From a virus: a DNA stretch of 64,000 bases. The notes below the pieces were generated by a model, which worked only from the letters and a program-made list of their open reading frames with translations, did no database searches and was not told the origin of the DNA. Each line of letters opens with the position of its first letter. Position 1 is the stretch's first letter. Made by a program: the position numbers and the translations under genes. This document shows positions 12,301-21,748 of this stretch, in pieces. The stretch spans positions 111,737 to 175,736 of IMG/VR virus record IMGVR_UViG_3300010316_000005; one strand, given 5' to 3'.

Positions 12301-15300
12301 TGTACTTTTTCATACTTATTATCACGTTGACGATATACCAGGACCTTACTAATAATAGAACTGTCAAACGCTGCTCGCTTTTCAGAAATTATAACATAGT
12401 TGCCTGATTCTGTAACAGCGAAGTCTGAGTCAACTACTGTTGGATCGTTTTCTGACATTGCCGAATCAAAGTTTGTTGGAAAATACTCTGATTCTCCAAG
12501 TAACGCTTGGCCTTCGTTTACAGGCAATACGCCTAAGTAATCAACTCCTGACGAAATTGCTTCCCAATTAGTAGAGCCAGTATTAGGAGTTGCTGCGCCG
12601 ATTGGTACGTTAGTAAGAGCTCTAAATAATCCCACGCCAGTGACATTTACAATCGAACCTTCTCCGTAGGCTGCATCGGTGCTGTTGAAAGTTCCCCTAA
12701 AGTTGTCATCGACTCCACGTCTCCAGCTTACTTTTCTCCACAATAGTTTATCGCCAATTGACACTGACGTTTGGTTAAACACCGGCTGCAATGCTTTATA
12801 GTAATCACCTAGGAAATATACAATATCATTTGTTTCATAAACATTGTTTTCTCTCCAGTTACCTTTAAATGTGTCGTCTCTAGTGTACCCGTGCTTGAAT
12901 ATTTCAACGCTGCCTTGGGCATTTGACACATACAATGTATACTCGTTGTCTTTCTTGATAAGTTCAACTTTAGTACCAAAGTTTGTAGTATCTGAGTCGT
13001 AAGCATACTCTGAAACTAAGTTCAATAGCAATTGATAACTACCTGGTGCATCTTTATAGTAAATTGCTACTGCACCTTCGTTAGTTTTTGACGAACTACC
13101 AAACTGGTCTGCTACAATGTTATAAATCTGAGTATAATTCTTGTTTAGTACTGTTGGATAAACGCTTCTAAAGCTGCCTGCATTATCATCCTCTTCGGTA
13201 TAGATCCAATATTCTTCATTAATAATTGGATCAAACCCGTCAGCTGGATCAAAGTCAGTATCTTTTTCAAAAACTAAGAACTGTAAGTTGTTAGTGCTAG
13301 TGTTTACAACAAAGCTGTCTTCGACATCATTAACTTTTCCTATTACTCTGTTGACTGTATTGCCATTTGCAACACTTGGGTTGAGAACAATCTCTGTAGT
13401 AGCTAGGTTGTTAATAGTTGCATAAGTTCCAGCAGTGTACTTAATGTACACTCTAACATTTGTTAAGCCTGTTTGATATGCGACTACTTCAGCAGTAAAT
13501 GTTGATTGTGCATCAGCCGCCGACGGCTGGCCAAACTGATCAAATGGTGTCTGTCTATCTGTAATAATATCAGATATGGATGGTTCAAACGTGTTGCCAA
13601 GGCCGTCGGCAACTAGTTGAATGTCAATAAATCCATCCCATTTGTCAACTAACGTCTGGGTTGCATTTAAAATGCCATAATTTAGCCCTGTGTTAGCAAA
13701 GTCAATTGTTCTGTTACTTAGGTCATAAAGGTAAAAGTTTAATTCTTCAGTTAAAGAAAGCGTGTCAGCAAACGATTTGTTTACTCTAGAAATCCATCTG
13801 CTGTCTGCCACAGGAGTAATATCATTAAAATAACTTAGATTTTGAACATAGCTAGATGTGTTAATCAAATCAGTTGTATTGTTTTCATCGTCATTTACAT
13901 TATAGTACACAGCATTAGTCGTGCCGCCGTTGGCGTAAGCATCAACGTATACTAATCCTTTACCAGCATCAGTATAGTTTTCATTGTTTATGTAAGAAAA
14001 AGGACTAGTATCAATCTGCCACCAGCCGCCGAGGCTTTGATTTTCAGTTGGCTCAATTTCTACATAATTACCAATTAATGGCCCCGAAGCTGTTTCGTAT
14101 TGAATGAATATCGAACCACTTACTGCAAAGACGCCAGTTGTATCTGCAAGATAAATTATAAGGTTTACACCTGCAATCTTAGTATAAACAACAGTTGCAC
14201 TAGCAGTCGACGTTGTTAATATATCGCCTACTTGCGGTGGGTTAATGTAGCTATCTACTCGAACAATATGATCTACTTTATTAACTATGCTATGGCCGTT
14301 GCCGTTGTTATCAATAAGTTCTTTACTAATAATTGTTGAATCTTCAAACGTAATAGCACCATCAAAAGGTTCCCTAACATCTAAATCGCCATTTGTATAA
14401 GACTGCAAATTCCACTGCAATCTAACTTCGTCGCCTGCAATTAGAGCCTCGAACTGATCTGCTGGCGCTCTAACTAAGATGTGATCAGTTGCCTGAGCTT
14501 CTTCTAGCTGTAGACTAGGGTCACCTGTAAGTAATAGGCTAGAGTCAAGATCAGCATCTCCGTTTGCTGTTCTTAATTCAACATACGAACTAAACGAATT
14601 AAAGTCTAATCCAGTTCCTTCGTCTACTTCTGGTTCAATGTCTCTGTGTGCTTGCCATAGCGTATTTCTATATTTTACAATATCATTTTTGCCATAGGGT
14701 GCAGATGCCAAATATTCACCTCTGTATCTAGTCTTAACACTCGATGCTCCCGGAATACCTACTGCTATAAATGTATCGTCATCCGATATCGACACACTTT
14801 CGCCGAAGCGAGCATTGTCATCGTTAAACAATACTGTTTCTAACGTAAGAGGCTGTTGCTGAATAAACATTGCAGTTTCTGTGTTTCTAGTGTATAGGTC
14901 AACCTTGCCGGGTGTGTTAAAGTTATCAATTTCAGGATCAGGGTTGACATCAATAGTATACCCGGGCGATGAAACTATCATAGTTGTTTGTTTTTTAGAT
15001 ACATCAACATCATAGGAGAAACCATTTTGCGATGAGCCGTCACCTGTTATATCTACTATAGTGCCTTGCTCCCTGTACACACTATTGTTTTCGAGCACAC
15101 CCCAATGGGCGTTGCTATAGTCATCAATCCAAATTCTTTGGTTATCATATATATTTTGTTGTATGATATCGTTCACCGAAGTCAAGTCAGGAATTCTTAC
15201 TTCTCTAAGCTTAACCATAATTAACAATTCTTCATCAAAATCAATTATTTCGTTATCTTCAGGTACAATAATTTGCAGTGTGTTAAACTTTGATTCGTAC

Positions 15301-18300
15301 ACTTCGTAGAATCCGTTAACATTATAATCCTGAGCAGCTCTTATTGCAACAAATTCTCCATTAGCTACTTCTTCAGCAACCCAGGCATCTACTGTAATTT
15401 CTTTAAGTGATTCGTTCTTTTCAGTAACGTCGTCAATAGTCGCTAACGTTGTTGCGTTTCCGAAGTTCTCGTGAATTTGGTAAACTGACCAGTCATCTCT
15501 GCCGTCGTCTGTTAACCAAATGTATTGACCCTTGTTTAACAAGTTAACATCAGTACTGTTAATTTCAGCTTTTGACCCTGCTTTGAATTCTACATCATTT
15601 TCATGTACATATCCACTGTCAATTACAAAACTTTTTAGAGTTGTTGTCGGGAATGGCGTACTAGTATAACCTTCTGGCTTGTCAATTAGATCCATTGGAC
15701 GAATTCTGTAGACTTTATCTTCAATTGTAGGATCGATTGATTCTACAAATTCAATACCTTGAGGTTCTTCGTAGAACTGAGTTTCATCAAGTTCAAATTC
15801 AATTTGCTCTATGTCTGTAGTTGCTCCGTAGCGACCTAGCTGTATTGCCCAATCTTCAAAGAATTCTAAGCTGTCTCTGTCTGAGCTGCCAAGGGGATTG
15901 AATAGCTTTTCAATAGCGTTCTTTGTACCCTTGTCTTGAATAAATCCTTGATAGAACTTATACTGACTCACATCATCATTAATGATATTTGCTAGATAGT
16001 CTCGTTTCTGGTACCCAATTAAGTGCTGCGCAAGACGCTGTTGTTCAGAGTCAAAATTATCCGAGTCTAGGTCATAGAAATCTGTAAATTGATTGATTCT
16101 ATAATCAAAGTTTGTTAGCAGTTCTGCTACAGGCTTTTCATTTAATCTAATCCAGAAGTTTGGGTTAAAGTCTTTTGATCCTGGCACAGCAAAAGTTGCT
16201 ACATAAAAGAATTGCTTGTATTTTACAAGACTACCAATTTCATAATCTTTCCAAGATTCCCATTCTGTTGCTCTGGCATCGTCATAAACAAATCCAGGAA
16301 TGTTTAAGCTCCCGTCCCAGTTATCAGAACGATATCCTAGTACCTTGATTCTTTCTTGACGGTACCCAGTAGTTGGCTGATAAATTACATCACCAAAGAT
16401 AGTTTCATTGTCTAATAGAACAACATGTTCTTTTTGTACAAGAGGCAACACAATGTTGTACACGCCGTCGTTGTTTTCTCTAACCTTGATACCAAATTCA
16501 TTGCCATTTCTTTGAACGCTGTTAAATCTGCGCTCTAACGGAAGTCCATCTGACTTTCTCAAAGAGTACTCATAAAAGTCATCAAAGATATCATCAACGA
16601 CAGCAAAGTCTCTCTTAAAGTTTACTTCGTATGCACTTGGGCTCAGTGATATAGTTGTTCCTGCACTCCATCCCTGGGTTGTCCAGAACAAGAATTCTCT
16701 TGCCATTTGACTCCAGTTTTCAATTGACTCATTTACATCATTGAAATAGTTAAAGTCAAATCCTTGTGATTCAAGGTATGCACCGTATCCAAGAATAAAG
16801 CTAACTACGTCTTGGCTTGTTTTTAGGCGTGTTCCATAAGATAGGCGCTTTGTTGTTCTAGTGTCAAAGTTTTTGTAAAACACTCCGCGTTTTCCGCCAA
16901 CGATCGGAACTTCACTTAGCTTAATTAAATTTTGAGCATCAAACGAGTCACCACTTGTAAAGTTTGCTGTTGCTCTGTAATACTGGCTTTCAAACTCAAC
17001 AACTTGACCGTCATAGAACGGCTTGTTAGGATCCCAATCCACACTCGTTTCTGAAATTCCTCCAACTACAATAGTTCTGTCGTTAGTTGTAGGTATTGGG
17101 TCAAAGTAGTTCAAGAACGGATTGTTATCAAAGTAGCCTCTTACAACAAATCCGTTTGCTCGTTTTTCAACAATGATACCACTGTATACAGGTGCGTCAA
17201 TTGGCGAACTTGTGTTTAAGAAAACTTGGTAGTTCTCTTCTGGCACAAATACGCCGTCTTCGATATTTTCGCGAGGTGAGCGGCTGTCTAGTAGCAATTG
17301 GAATTTACTCTTATCAGTAAATCCTCCAACGCGCAGTCCCATCTGTGTATTCATAGATGTTATGTCATTTTTATAATCATCATAAACACTAACAATGTTG
17401 CTCGATAGCAGATTGTAAATGTAGTTTACTAACCCACTTGTATTTACTCTTACATTATCTCGATATGTGTTTGGAAAAACAATTGACTTATTTGATATCT
17501 GTGTTAGTGTATCAGTATAAGTGTACTGTCCTGCTAGGTTTCTAAAGACTCTTGACAAGTCGAACCCTAGTCCCATAACTCTTGCCGGGTTAGCTAGCAA
17601 CCATGCTTTAATAAGTGCAAACGGATACTCAGCACTTTTTCTCCAAGCAGACTCAACTGGAGCAACATCGCCAAATATAAAATCATCTGACGTATTTCTG
17701 TAAAAGAAGTTTTTAGCATATCCACTTTCAATCGGTGATTTTAATTTACCCTGAGAATCAACTGGAATATATTTTGTAAAGTCCGGACGGGCATATCTTG
17801 CTCTAGTTACTAATTCTTTATTTGGTTCACGGACATATCCATTTTCAATGTCCTGCCATAGTACTAAGTTATTTGCACTATAAGGGGCTGGGCCATAAGT
17901 TGTATCCCACCATTTTGGCTTAAGAGTAAATCCTAGCATTTCCCATGGGTGTGAGTGTGGTCTATCAGTGTCTAGGAATTCTCTGTAAACACCTCTCCAA
18001 AATCCTGGTAGTACTTCGCCGTCAATAGCAGACGTCATTTTGTAATAGTTATATGTGTACTGATTTTCTCTTTCATAGAAGTCGTTTTCAGTATAATCAC
18101 TTTCTACTACTCTCGACCATTGTATAAAATCTTTTAGGACTAGATCGTTAATTTCTTTCCTGTTGTACGCAGCCGACCTGTACTTGCCGCCTACAAAGTC
18201 GTGGATATTCAGCAGTGTGTTTTCGTAATCGACTTTAATGTTGTTGAATATTCTCTTCTCAAGATCTAGCAGTAGGTTGTCTCTGTAGTCTTTGTATGCT

Positions 18301-21300
18301 CTGATTGTACTACCGTCATGTCCTTGAACCATAGCAATACCAACTGAGTATTCTTCAATCTCCGGATTGTCCTGGGCTCCAAAGAAACCATCAGTTGTTG
18401 GAATATAAAGTAGCTTACTTAAACCAGCAAATCTCAGAGTAGTAGCTTGGTCGTCACAGTCTGCTTGACCAGCGTACTTCTTGTTTGTATAAACTGGATA
18501 AAACCAACCAACGCAGCCATCTTCATTTTGACCATAGATCTTAAATGGACCTTGGGCAAATGGCTCTTCAGTTTGGTATGTGTCATCAATGACAATTTGT
18601 GGTTCGTACTTTGGATACATGCCTAACTTAGATGGAGTTGGCGGAATAAATGATCCGTCAGTTGTTTCGTATTCGTAAACTTCAATAGTATCGCCATCTT
18701 TTTGTCCAGCAGTAACTAAGACAAATCCTTCTTCACTGAAAGTATAATCTTTGCCATGGATCAGTTGCGAACCGTTTAAGTACACGTTGATTGCTCTACT
18801 CGATAGTTCTGTTAGATTAAACGGATTAGTTAGTGCATAAAATGGGTTGTCTGGATCTTCAACATCAAACTCAATACGATTAGTAGTTGTGTATCCAATC
18901 ATATCCGAGAAGTAAAACGGCTGAGTCTTAATTTTATCTCTATTAAGATCCTGCAATAGTCTGTCAACGTGCTGCTTAGCCGGAGCGTCAATGCCTAAGC
19001 TTTCTGCTCTACTTAAGAAAGTTCTCTTAAATGTAGCATACTCGTTCTTGGCAAATTCAATTGATTTAACGATGTTGTACTCTTTGCTAGTAAAGTGATA
19101 TAGTGCTAAGTTGATCGGACCACTGTGCTTTACAAATCTTCTTCCATAACGATCTACGTTTCCTAAGTCTCTTAGGTTTGACTGGCCAGGATACGTGCCA
19201 GTAAATTCACGAGTTTCTTCGACAATAGAACTAACATGGTCAATTGCTTCACCAAGTGTAAATTCGTTAATGTCTTCATTACTTGGATTTCTTTCAAAGT
19301 TGATTGGAAATTCGTAGAACCCGTTGTTATTCTTAGAGGTTGCTGAATGCGATTTCAAAACAATTTTGTCGTCTACAGCAACATCGCTATAGAATCGCAC
19401 TAATGCTTTGCCATTAACTCTGTCGATTTCGTAATCTGCGGCTGCTGTTTGAATCCTGTTGTTTCTGTAAACACTTACGGCAAGATCGTTCAAGTCGCCT
19501 GCTCTATTATAAACATCAACTTCGAAGTTGTTTAGTTGAGGACCAGCAACATACTGTCTAACTACTTTTTGCTTAGTTATCTGAGCAACACTTGACCAGC
19601 CGTTGACCCACGCAAAATTTGTTAAGTCAGTGTACTTGCGCAGATTACCTTTGTTAGCTTCAACTGTAATAATTTCTTCATCGTTTTGAACTGTGAAGCT
19701 ATCAGTTGTTAGATTAAATTCAAATAGTATGTCACCTGAGTTGTTAATATTCTTGTATGTTAATGGAAATCCTAGTTCTGGATCATTTGCTCCAGTACCT
19801 TCTTTGTACGAAAATACCTTCGTACCATTAAATGATGAACTGTCGAATGTTGCTAAATCACCATAGAAGTTTCCTTCTGGGCAACATAAGTCAAACAACG
19901 GTGCTTGGTTTACATTGTCTTTTTGCTGAGCTACGTTCCATACATCATACTGGTAATAAAATGCTGTGCCGCCATACGTATCACCTGTTCTCACAAATAC
20001 CACTTCTAGATCCTGCGGAAAGGTGTCGCTAACTTCTTGTAGCGTAATTTGCGGAACGTTTCCAATTGTAACAAATTTAACTTCGTAAATGTTGCCTGTA
20101 ACTAATATGTCAGTGTCAGCAGTAAACAACACTCGCATACCGTCGACTAAATCTACGCCGTCGATATTGTATCCAAAAGATCCTTCAATAGTTGAAAACA
20201 CATCTTTTGTAAATGTATCAACTAAATCGATATCTTGCTTTGCTTCTGATCCAAATCTGTAAAGTTTTAGTCCTGCTTCAAATTCGATAATAGGACGCTT
20301 GGCTCTAAATGACTCGTCAATTACAACAGGAAGTCCGTTATATTCTAGGCTCTTTTCTAGAACATTTTTATGGAACCATCTGTTATAACGTGACCACGGG
20401 TTTCTATCTGGGCTAGCTCTGTTAACTACTAAGTAGTCTTTAGTTTTTGGATAAGCACTGGAATTTTCAAAAGGCAGTCTGTCATACGGAGTGCCGTCCC
20501 ACGGTACAAGGTCGTCTTCAGAAAACGCATTTAGAAGAACTAGATCACTTTCTTTAACTAATCTTATTTGGCCGCCTACACCTTCCACATACCAAGCATC
20601 TTTTTCATATATTGCCGGGGTCACATCGCCTTGGAAAAACACTTTTAATCCGTTTGTAAATTCTACGCCGTTCGAACTTTTGTATGTTTTCTTACCGATA
20701 ATGTCTTTATCAACGTCAAGGAACGTATTTTCTTCAATGTTGTTAATTCTCATTTGACCGCTTGTGTCGACGTTATTCTTTGAGATATAAAACAATCTGT
20801 CAGGTGCGTTAAGTGGAATAGTAAATTCAACTACTCCTGACTCAACGTATACTGTTGCCAACTCTTGACCGTCAGTTGCTTCTTTAGAAATGCCGTCATT
20901 GTAAATAGTGCTAACATTCTCGTCATCGCCAAACGATACTGATCCTGCGTCTGGCGTCACAATAAAGTCGCCGATGTCATAGTCGTTACCAAACAACTCT
21001 GAATCAAAAAGTCCCTGGCCTCGAATACCTTCACGTCCAGCTACTACGAGAACTTCTCCAGGCAGGAAAGTTCTCGATAAAGCAAATGCAATTGGGTGGC
21101 CTGGTGTATCAATTTCAAAGCGATACGTTTGTCCTCTATATAATTTTAGAGTCGGATTCTTTTCCAACGTGCTGTTAAAGACGTATGATGTGTTGTCGTC
21201 ATCTTCTGCCAGAGTAACTGTATAAGTACTCACTACTTCCTTGCCTTGGCCGCGCACAGGAACGCTAATTGGTCCTGTAGGAGCCCAGTAGTACTCACGG

Positions 21301-21728
21301 AAGTTTACAAGCTTGTCCCAATCAACATTAGGGTTCCACGCATATGTTTCTTGTGCGTTTAATCTACTATGGTTGTCAACGTTTCCATTAAAGAACTTAA
21401 TCTGGTTAATGTAGTCTGTATAATCTTTATAGAAGTCTACATTGTCGAGATTGTCTTTAACAACTACTGCTGGCTCAAATTGGTAATTTTCTCTATTGCT
21501 GCTTACATCTGGCACATAGCTATCTTTAGACGAAAATGCTTTCGCATCACGGCGTCCGTAAAACCCGTTTAGTTTCTCTGCGACACCAGGTTGAATTAAC
21601 TGGTCAAGAGTTGCTTGTAAGAATTTGTTATTTGCTTCCGTTCTAAAGAACCTTGGAAGAAATGCTGAACTCTTTCTGTCGTCATTGTCAGGTGTTGGTA
21701 GACCGAACTCGTTTTGATCGTTTGCCAT
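6372..21728 (-). CDS. Giant (5118 aa) baseplate/tail structural protein
   Basis: Uninterrupted 15.4-kb ORF next to gp6. Contains CBM5/12-like W/Y-x4-Y-x2-G-x-V motifs, FG-GAP-like propeller motifs (RFGESVSIS, TFGSSVVIN), GxGY-x2-AP repeats seen in T4-like wedge proteins, and GDG-x3-F beta repeats. Confidence 0.75.
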   Translation of the reverse strand: MANDQNEFGLPTPDNDDRKSSAFLPRFFRTEANNKFLQATLDQLIQPGVAEKLNGFYGRRDAKAFSSKDSYVPDVSSNRENYQFEPAVVVKDNLDNVDFYKDYTDYINQIKFFNGNVDNHSRLNAQETYAWNPNVDWDKLVNFREYYWAPTGPISVPVRGQGKEVVSTYTVTLAEDDDNTSYVFNSTLEKNPTLKLYRGQTYRFEIDTPGHPIAFALSRTFLPGEVLVVAGREGIRGQGLFDSELFGNDYDIGDFIVTPDAGSVSFGDDENVSTIYNDGISKEATDGQELATVYVESGVVEFTIPLNAPDRLFYISKNNVDTSGQMRINNIEENTFLDVDKDIIGKKTYKSSNGVEFTNGLKVFFQGDVTPAIYEKDAWYVEGVGGQIRLVKESDLVLLNAFSEDDLVPWDGTPYDRLPFENSSAYPKTKDYLVVNRASPDRNPWSRYNRWFHKNVLEKSLEYNGLPVVIDESFRAKRPIIEFEAGLKLYRFGSEAKQDIDLVDTFTKDVFSTIEGSFGYNIDGVDLVDGMRVLFTADTDILVTGNIYEVKFVTIGNVPQITLQEVSDTFPQDLEVVFVRTGDTYGGTAFYYQYDVWNVAQQKDNVNQAPLFDLCCPEGNFYGDLATFDSSSFNGTKVFSYKEGTGANDPELGFPLTYKNINNSGDILFEFNLTTDSFTVQNDEEIITVEANKGNLRKYTDLTNFAWVNGWSSVAQITKQKVVRQYVAGPQLNNFEVDVYNRAGDLNDLAVSVYRNNRIQTAAADYEIDRVNGKALVRFYSDVAVDDKIVLKSHSATSKNNNGFYEFPINFERNPSNEDINEFTLGEAIDHVSSIVEETREFTGTYPGQSNLRDLGNVDRYGRRFVKHSGPINLALYHFTSKEYNIVKSIEFAKNEYATFKRTFLSRAESLGIDAPAKQHVDRLLQDLNRDKIKTQPFYFSDMIGYTTTNRIEFDVEDPDNPFYALTNPFNLTELSSRAINVYLNGSQLIHGKDYTFSEEGFVLVTAGQKDGDTIEVYEYETTDGSFIPPTPSKLGMYPKYEPQIVIDDTYQTEEPFAQGPFKIYGQNEDGCVGWFYPVYTNKKYAGQADCDDQATTLRFAGLSKLLYIPTTDGFFGAQDNPEIEEYSVGIAMVQGHDGSTIRAYKDYRDNLLLDLEKRIFNNIKVDYENTLLNIHDFVGGKYRSAAYNRKEINDLVLKDFIQWSRVVESDYTENDFYERENQYTYNYYKMTSAIDGEVLPGFWRGVYREFLDTDRPHSHPWEMLGFTLKPKWWDTTYGPAPYSANNLVLWQDIENGYVREPNKELVTRARYARPDFTKYIPVDSQGKLKSPIESGYAKNFFYRNTSDDFIFGDVAPVESAWRKSAEYPFALIKAWLLANPARVMGLGFDLSRVFRNLAGQYTYTDTLTQISNKSIVFPNTYRDNVRVNTSGLVNYIYNLLSSNIVSVYDDYKNDITSMNTQMGLRVGGFTDKSKFQLLLDSRSPRENIEDGVFVPEENYQVFLNTSSPIDAPVYSGIIVEKRANGFVVRGYFDNNPFLNYFDPIPTTNDRTIVVGGISETSVDWDPNKPFYDGQVVEFESQYYRATANFTSGDSFDAQNLIKLSEVPIVGGKRGVFYKNFDTRTTKRLSYGTRLKTSQDVVSFILGYGAYLESQGFDFNYFNDVNESIENWSQMAREFLFWTTQGWSAGTTISLSPSAYEVNFKRDFAVVDDIFDDFYEYSLRKSDGLPLERRFNSVQRNGNEFGIKVRENNDGVYNIVLPLVQKEHVVLLDNETIFGDVIYQPTTGYRQERIKVLGYRSDNWDGSLNIPGFVYDDARATEWESWKDYEIGSLVKYKQFFYVATFAVPGSKDFNPNFWIRLNEKPVAELLTNFDYRINQFTDFYDLDSDNFDSEQQRLAQHLIGYQKRDYLANIINDDVSQYKFYQGFIQDKGTKNAIEKLFNPLGSSDRDSLEFFEDWAIQLGRYGATTDIEQIEFELDETQFYEEPQGIEFVESIDPTIEDKVYRIRPMDLIDKPEGYTSTPFPTTTLKSFVIDSGYVHENDVEFKAGSKAEINSTDVNLLNKGQYIWLTDDGRDDWSVYQIHENFGNATTLATIDDVTEKNESLKEITVDAWVAEEVANGEFVAIRAAQDYNVNGFYEVYESKFNTLQIIVPEDNEIIDFDEELLIMVKLREVRIPDLTSVNDIIQQNIYDNQRIWIDDYSNAHWGVLENNSVYREQGTIVDITGDGSSQNGFSYDVDVSKKQTTMIVSSPGYTIDVNPDPEIDNFNTPGKVDLYTRNTETAMFIQQQPLTLETVLFNDDNARFGESVSISDDDTFIAVGIPGASSVKTRYRGEYLASAPYGKNDIVKYRNTLWQAHRDIEPEVDEGTGLDFNSFSSYVELRTANGDADLDSSLLLTGDPSLQLEEAQATDHILVRAPADQFEALIAGDEVRLQWNLQSYTNGDLDVREPFDGAITFEDSTIISKELIDNNGNGHSIVNKVDHIVRVDSYINPPQVGDILTTSTASATVVYTKIAGVNLIIYLADTTGVFAVSGSIFIQYETASGPLIGNYVEIEPTENQSLGGWWQIDTSPFSYINNENYTDAGKGLVYVDAYANGGTTNAVYYNVNDDENNTTDLINTSSYVQNLSYFNDITPVADSRWISRVNKSFADTLSLTEELNFYLYDLSNRTIDFANTGLNYGILNATQTLVDKWDGFIDIQLVADGLGNTFEPSISDIITDRQTPFDQFGQPSAADAQSTFTAEVVAYQTGLTNVRVYIKYTAGTYATINNLATTEIVLNPSVANGNTVNRVIGKVNDVEDSFVVNTSTNNLQFLVFEKDTDFDPADGFDPIINEEYWIYTEEDDNAGSFRSVYPTVLNKNYTQIYNIVADQFGSSSKTNEGAVAIYYKDAPGSYQLLLNLVSEYAYDSDTTNFGTKVELIKKDNEYTLYVSNAQGSVEIFKHGYTRDDTFKGNWRENNVYETNDIVYFLGDYYKALQPVFNQTSVSIGDKLLWRKVSWRRGVDDNFRGTFNSTDAAYGEGSIVNVTGVGLFRALTNVPIGAATPNTGSTNWEAISSGVDYLGVLPVNEGQALLGESEYFPTNFDSAMSENDPTVVDSDFAVTESGNYVIISEKRAAFDSSIISKVLVYRQRDNKYEKVQEINPPDDRDTFGSSVVINPAGTKIAISDQFNDDVKYNQGKIYIYSLVNQQFVLSQELKSPKNELAERFGDKMSFSSDNLIVSSARGDMIIPTTFDADSGVITTFDKGYTDFNNIILDSGTVYVYEEIENALIFSESFRYDLADFDFGENIFAKGNHVYIGMPKKGKLIEYRKPNEKFAWNKKRELIPPVDVSKIKGMFLYNKRTNSIVQYLDYIDPIQGKIAGPAKQELHYEMGIDPATYNVGAGPEVTEDTFWGPEHVGKLWWYTKTTRFTYPYQGDIQYQKANWNELQPGSFVNVFEWVESAVPPSNWDQIADSELGIQRGISGKSLYGDDFFSQTFDYDSVAQRFIPKYYFWVANKKTIPTDAVIDRKVSAFDVSRLIAQPRKEGYRFASLLAADRIVLNNIGSLIYNEDIVLNIRYTENERDEQNTHSQYQIISDGDENSVPHSEIERKWFDSLIGYDEQGRPVPNPDLSPKQKYGIQNKPRQGIFVNREEALKQYIERVNLVLLENIVVDEYDISALFETEPKPTSASKEFDLTVDTVDELRFISTNKVTPAILEPVIRNGKLAKVNILSAGRGYRSAPKYAIVGAGTDAEIELTLTNVGGISAVKILSRGTGYDENTRITVRRFSVLVNADTDADGRWAIWAWNEEASEWFRRSVQDYNVPLYWDYADWYATGYNEFTSSDFIITESYELTALADSIGDIVKIQNVGTGGWLLLEKVDNTGSEDYTVDYKTIGRQDGTIQFKESLYNTAKNKVGFDNRSYDSTFYDNDAQVELRIIFKAIRDSIFTSNLRREYNQLFFASLRYVMSEQQYVDWLFKTSYVKINHNLGEFDQDVTFDGNTLSSYEAYVNEVKPYKTVIREFVSVKERLEPTNSVITDFDLPPFYSETEKKIVPNRAIFQDGGLLNVDPNVSQYPRKNWLDNYGRQITNIMIGDAGSGYVFAPTVELVGGGGTGATAKAYIGYGKVTAIKVTNPGQGYTSAPAINIAVPQVENGVVARASAILGSGVVRSPSITIKFDRTSGKYYINSLAETETFVGSNSQTTFNLEWPMNLRLDTVTVTVDGKEMLRSQFTFRNVTNTDAGYIREQGQVTFTNPPALDANIVISYQKPLSMLSAEDRIQFGYTALSGMLGKDLAQLMTGVDYGGVEVTSFGFSEEQGWNTNDWYTDTWDEFDNSYEDYVFTFDGSTVAVGLDEPFESGTVYNVYLNGVRIDDPNFGTEEQLNEDAKLESITGDGTTDVFILSDYDIATEDGDIMIIRKITSDGTVAPDPASYDTQLTGGAFDKTTATGLKAEDIIVDGDSFVTATTSTGPEEMVPGQVMDTLDLRVYTRDSTGPGKIVSQYHITDGVNETFDLGATPSSLDAIVVKVDGIILTRGDYDVDWSNLTINIPDLTEGHALSIVTLEAGVQNVIDFGKAMTVADTDEYEINTYFKDGYGVFLTLDGENVEIGATKTEGKDTLTISLTVTPETGQTINYIVFDNNTEVNYSQVNKEVLIGDGASTVFPIAETPFFVEPTEHNCLVKVGNKILSSGYNIQYEIKSIDVREYAIESFQFPSTTIDTTNLRVFLNGAIIETPNRWLLNPNTNSIRLNDGTGDVGDLLEIYLISDSEYTFDNNNITFKYAPGVNERIEIIKFSNHDILGIEKQNYDVVSRFAIVPGSKEAKTYQRLSYGEIKLRKPAEDAQYVWVAKNGILLSPSVDYYITDDRLKVQLTTPPGTNDVIEVVQFATPVSVPKFAYRIFKDVLNRTHYKRINDAVTVLSKDLNYYDLRVEVEDASLLPAPDKKSNKPGIVWIDGERIEYLVKDGNLLRQLRRGTLGTGVKDTYSAGEEVFDQGARKTVPYNDRTVLRNFIGDGSQSITIGYKDSTLQASYGINEVEVFVGGRRLRKNEISKFSEVVALDSPDGDLVQQAEFTIDGDIISFDIQDDIHADGIPLNNEKIVVMRKTGRIWTLTGETLGETKTDIGSFIRAGN

Positions 21729-21748
21729 TACTTAAATTAACCTCCGCA

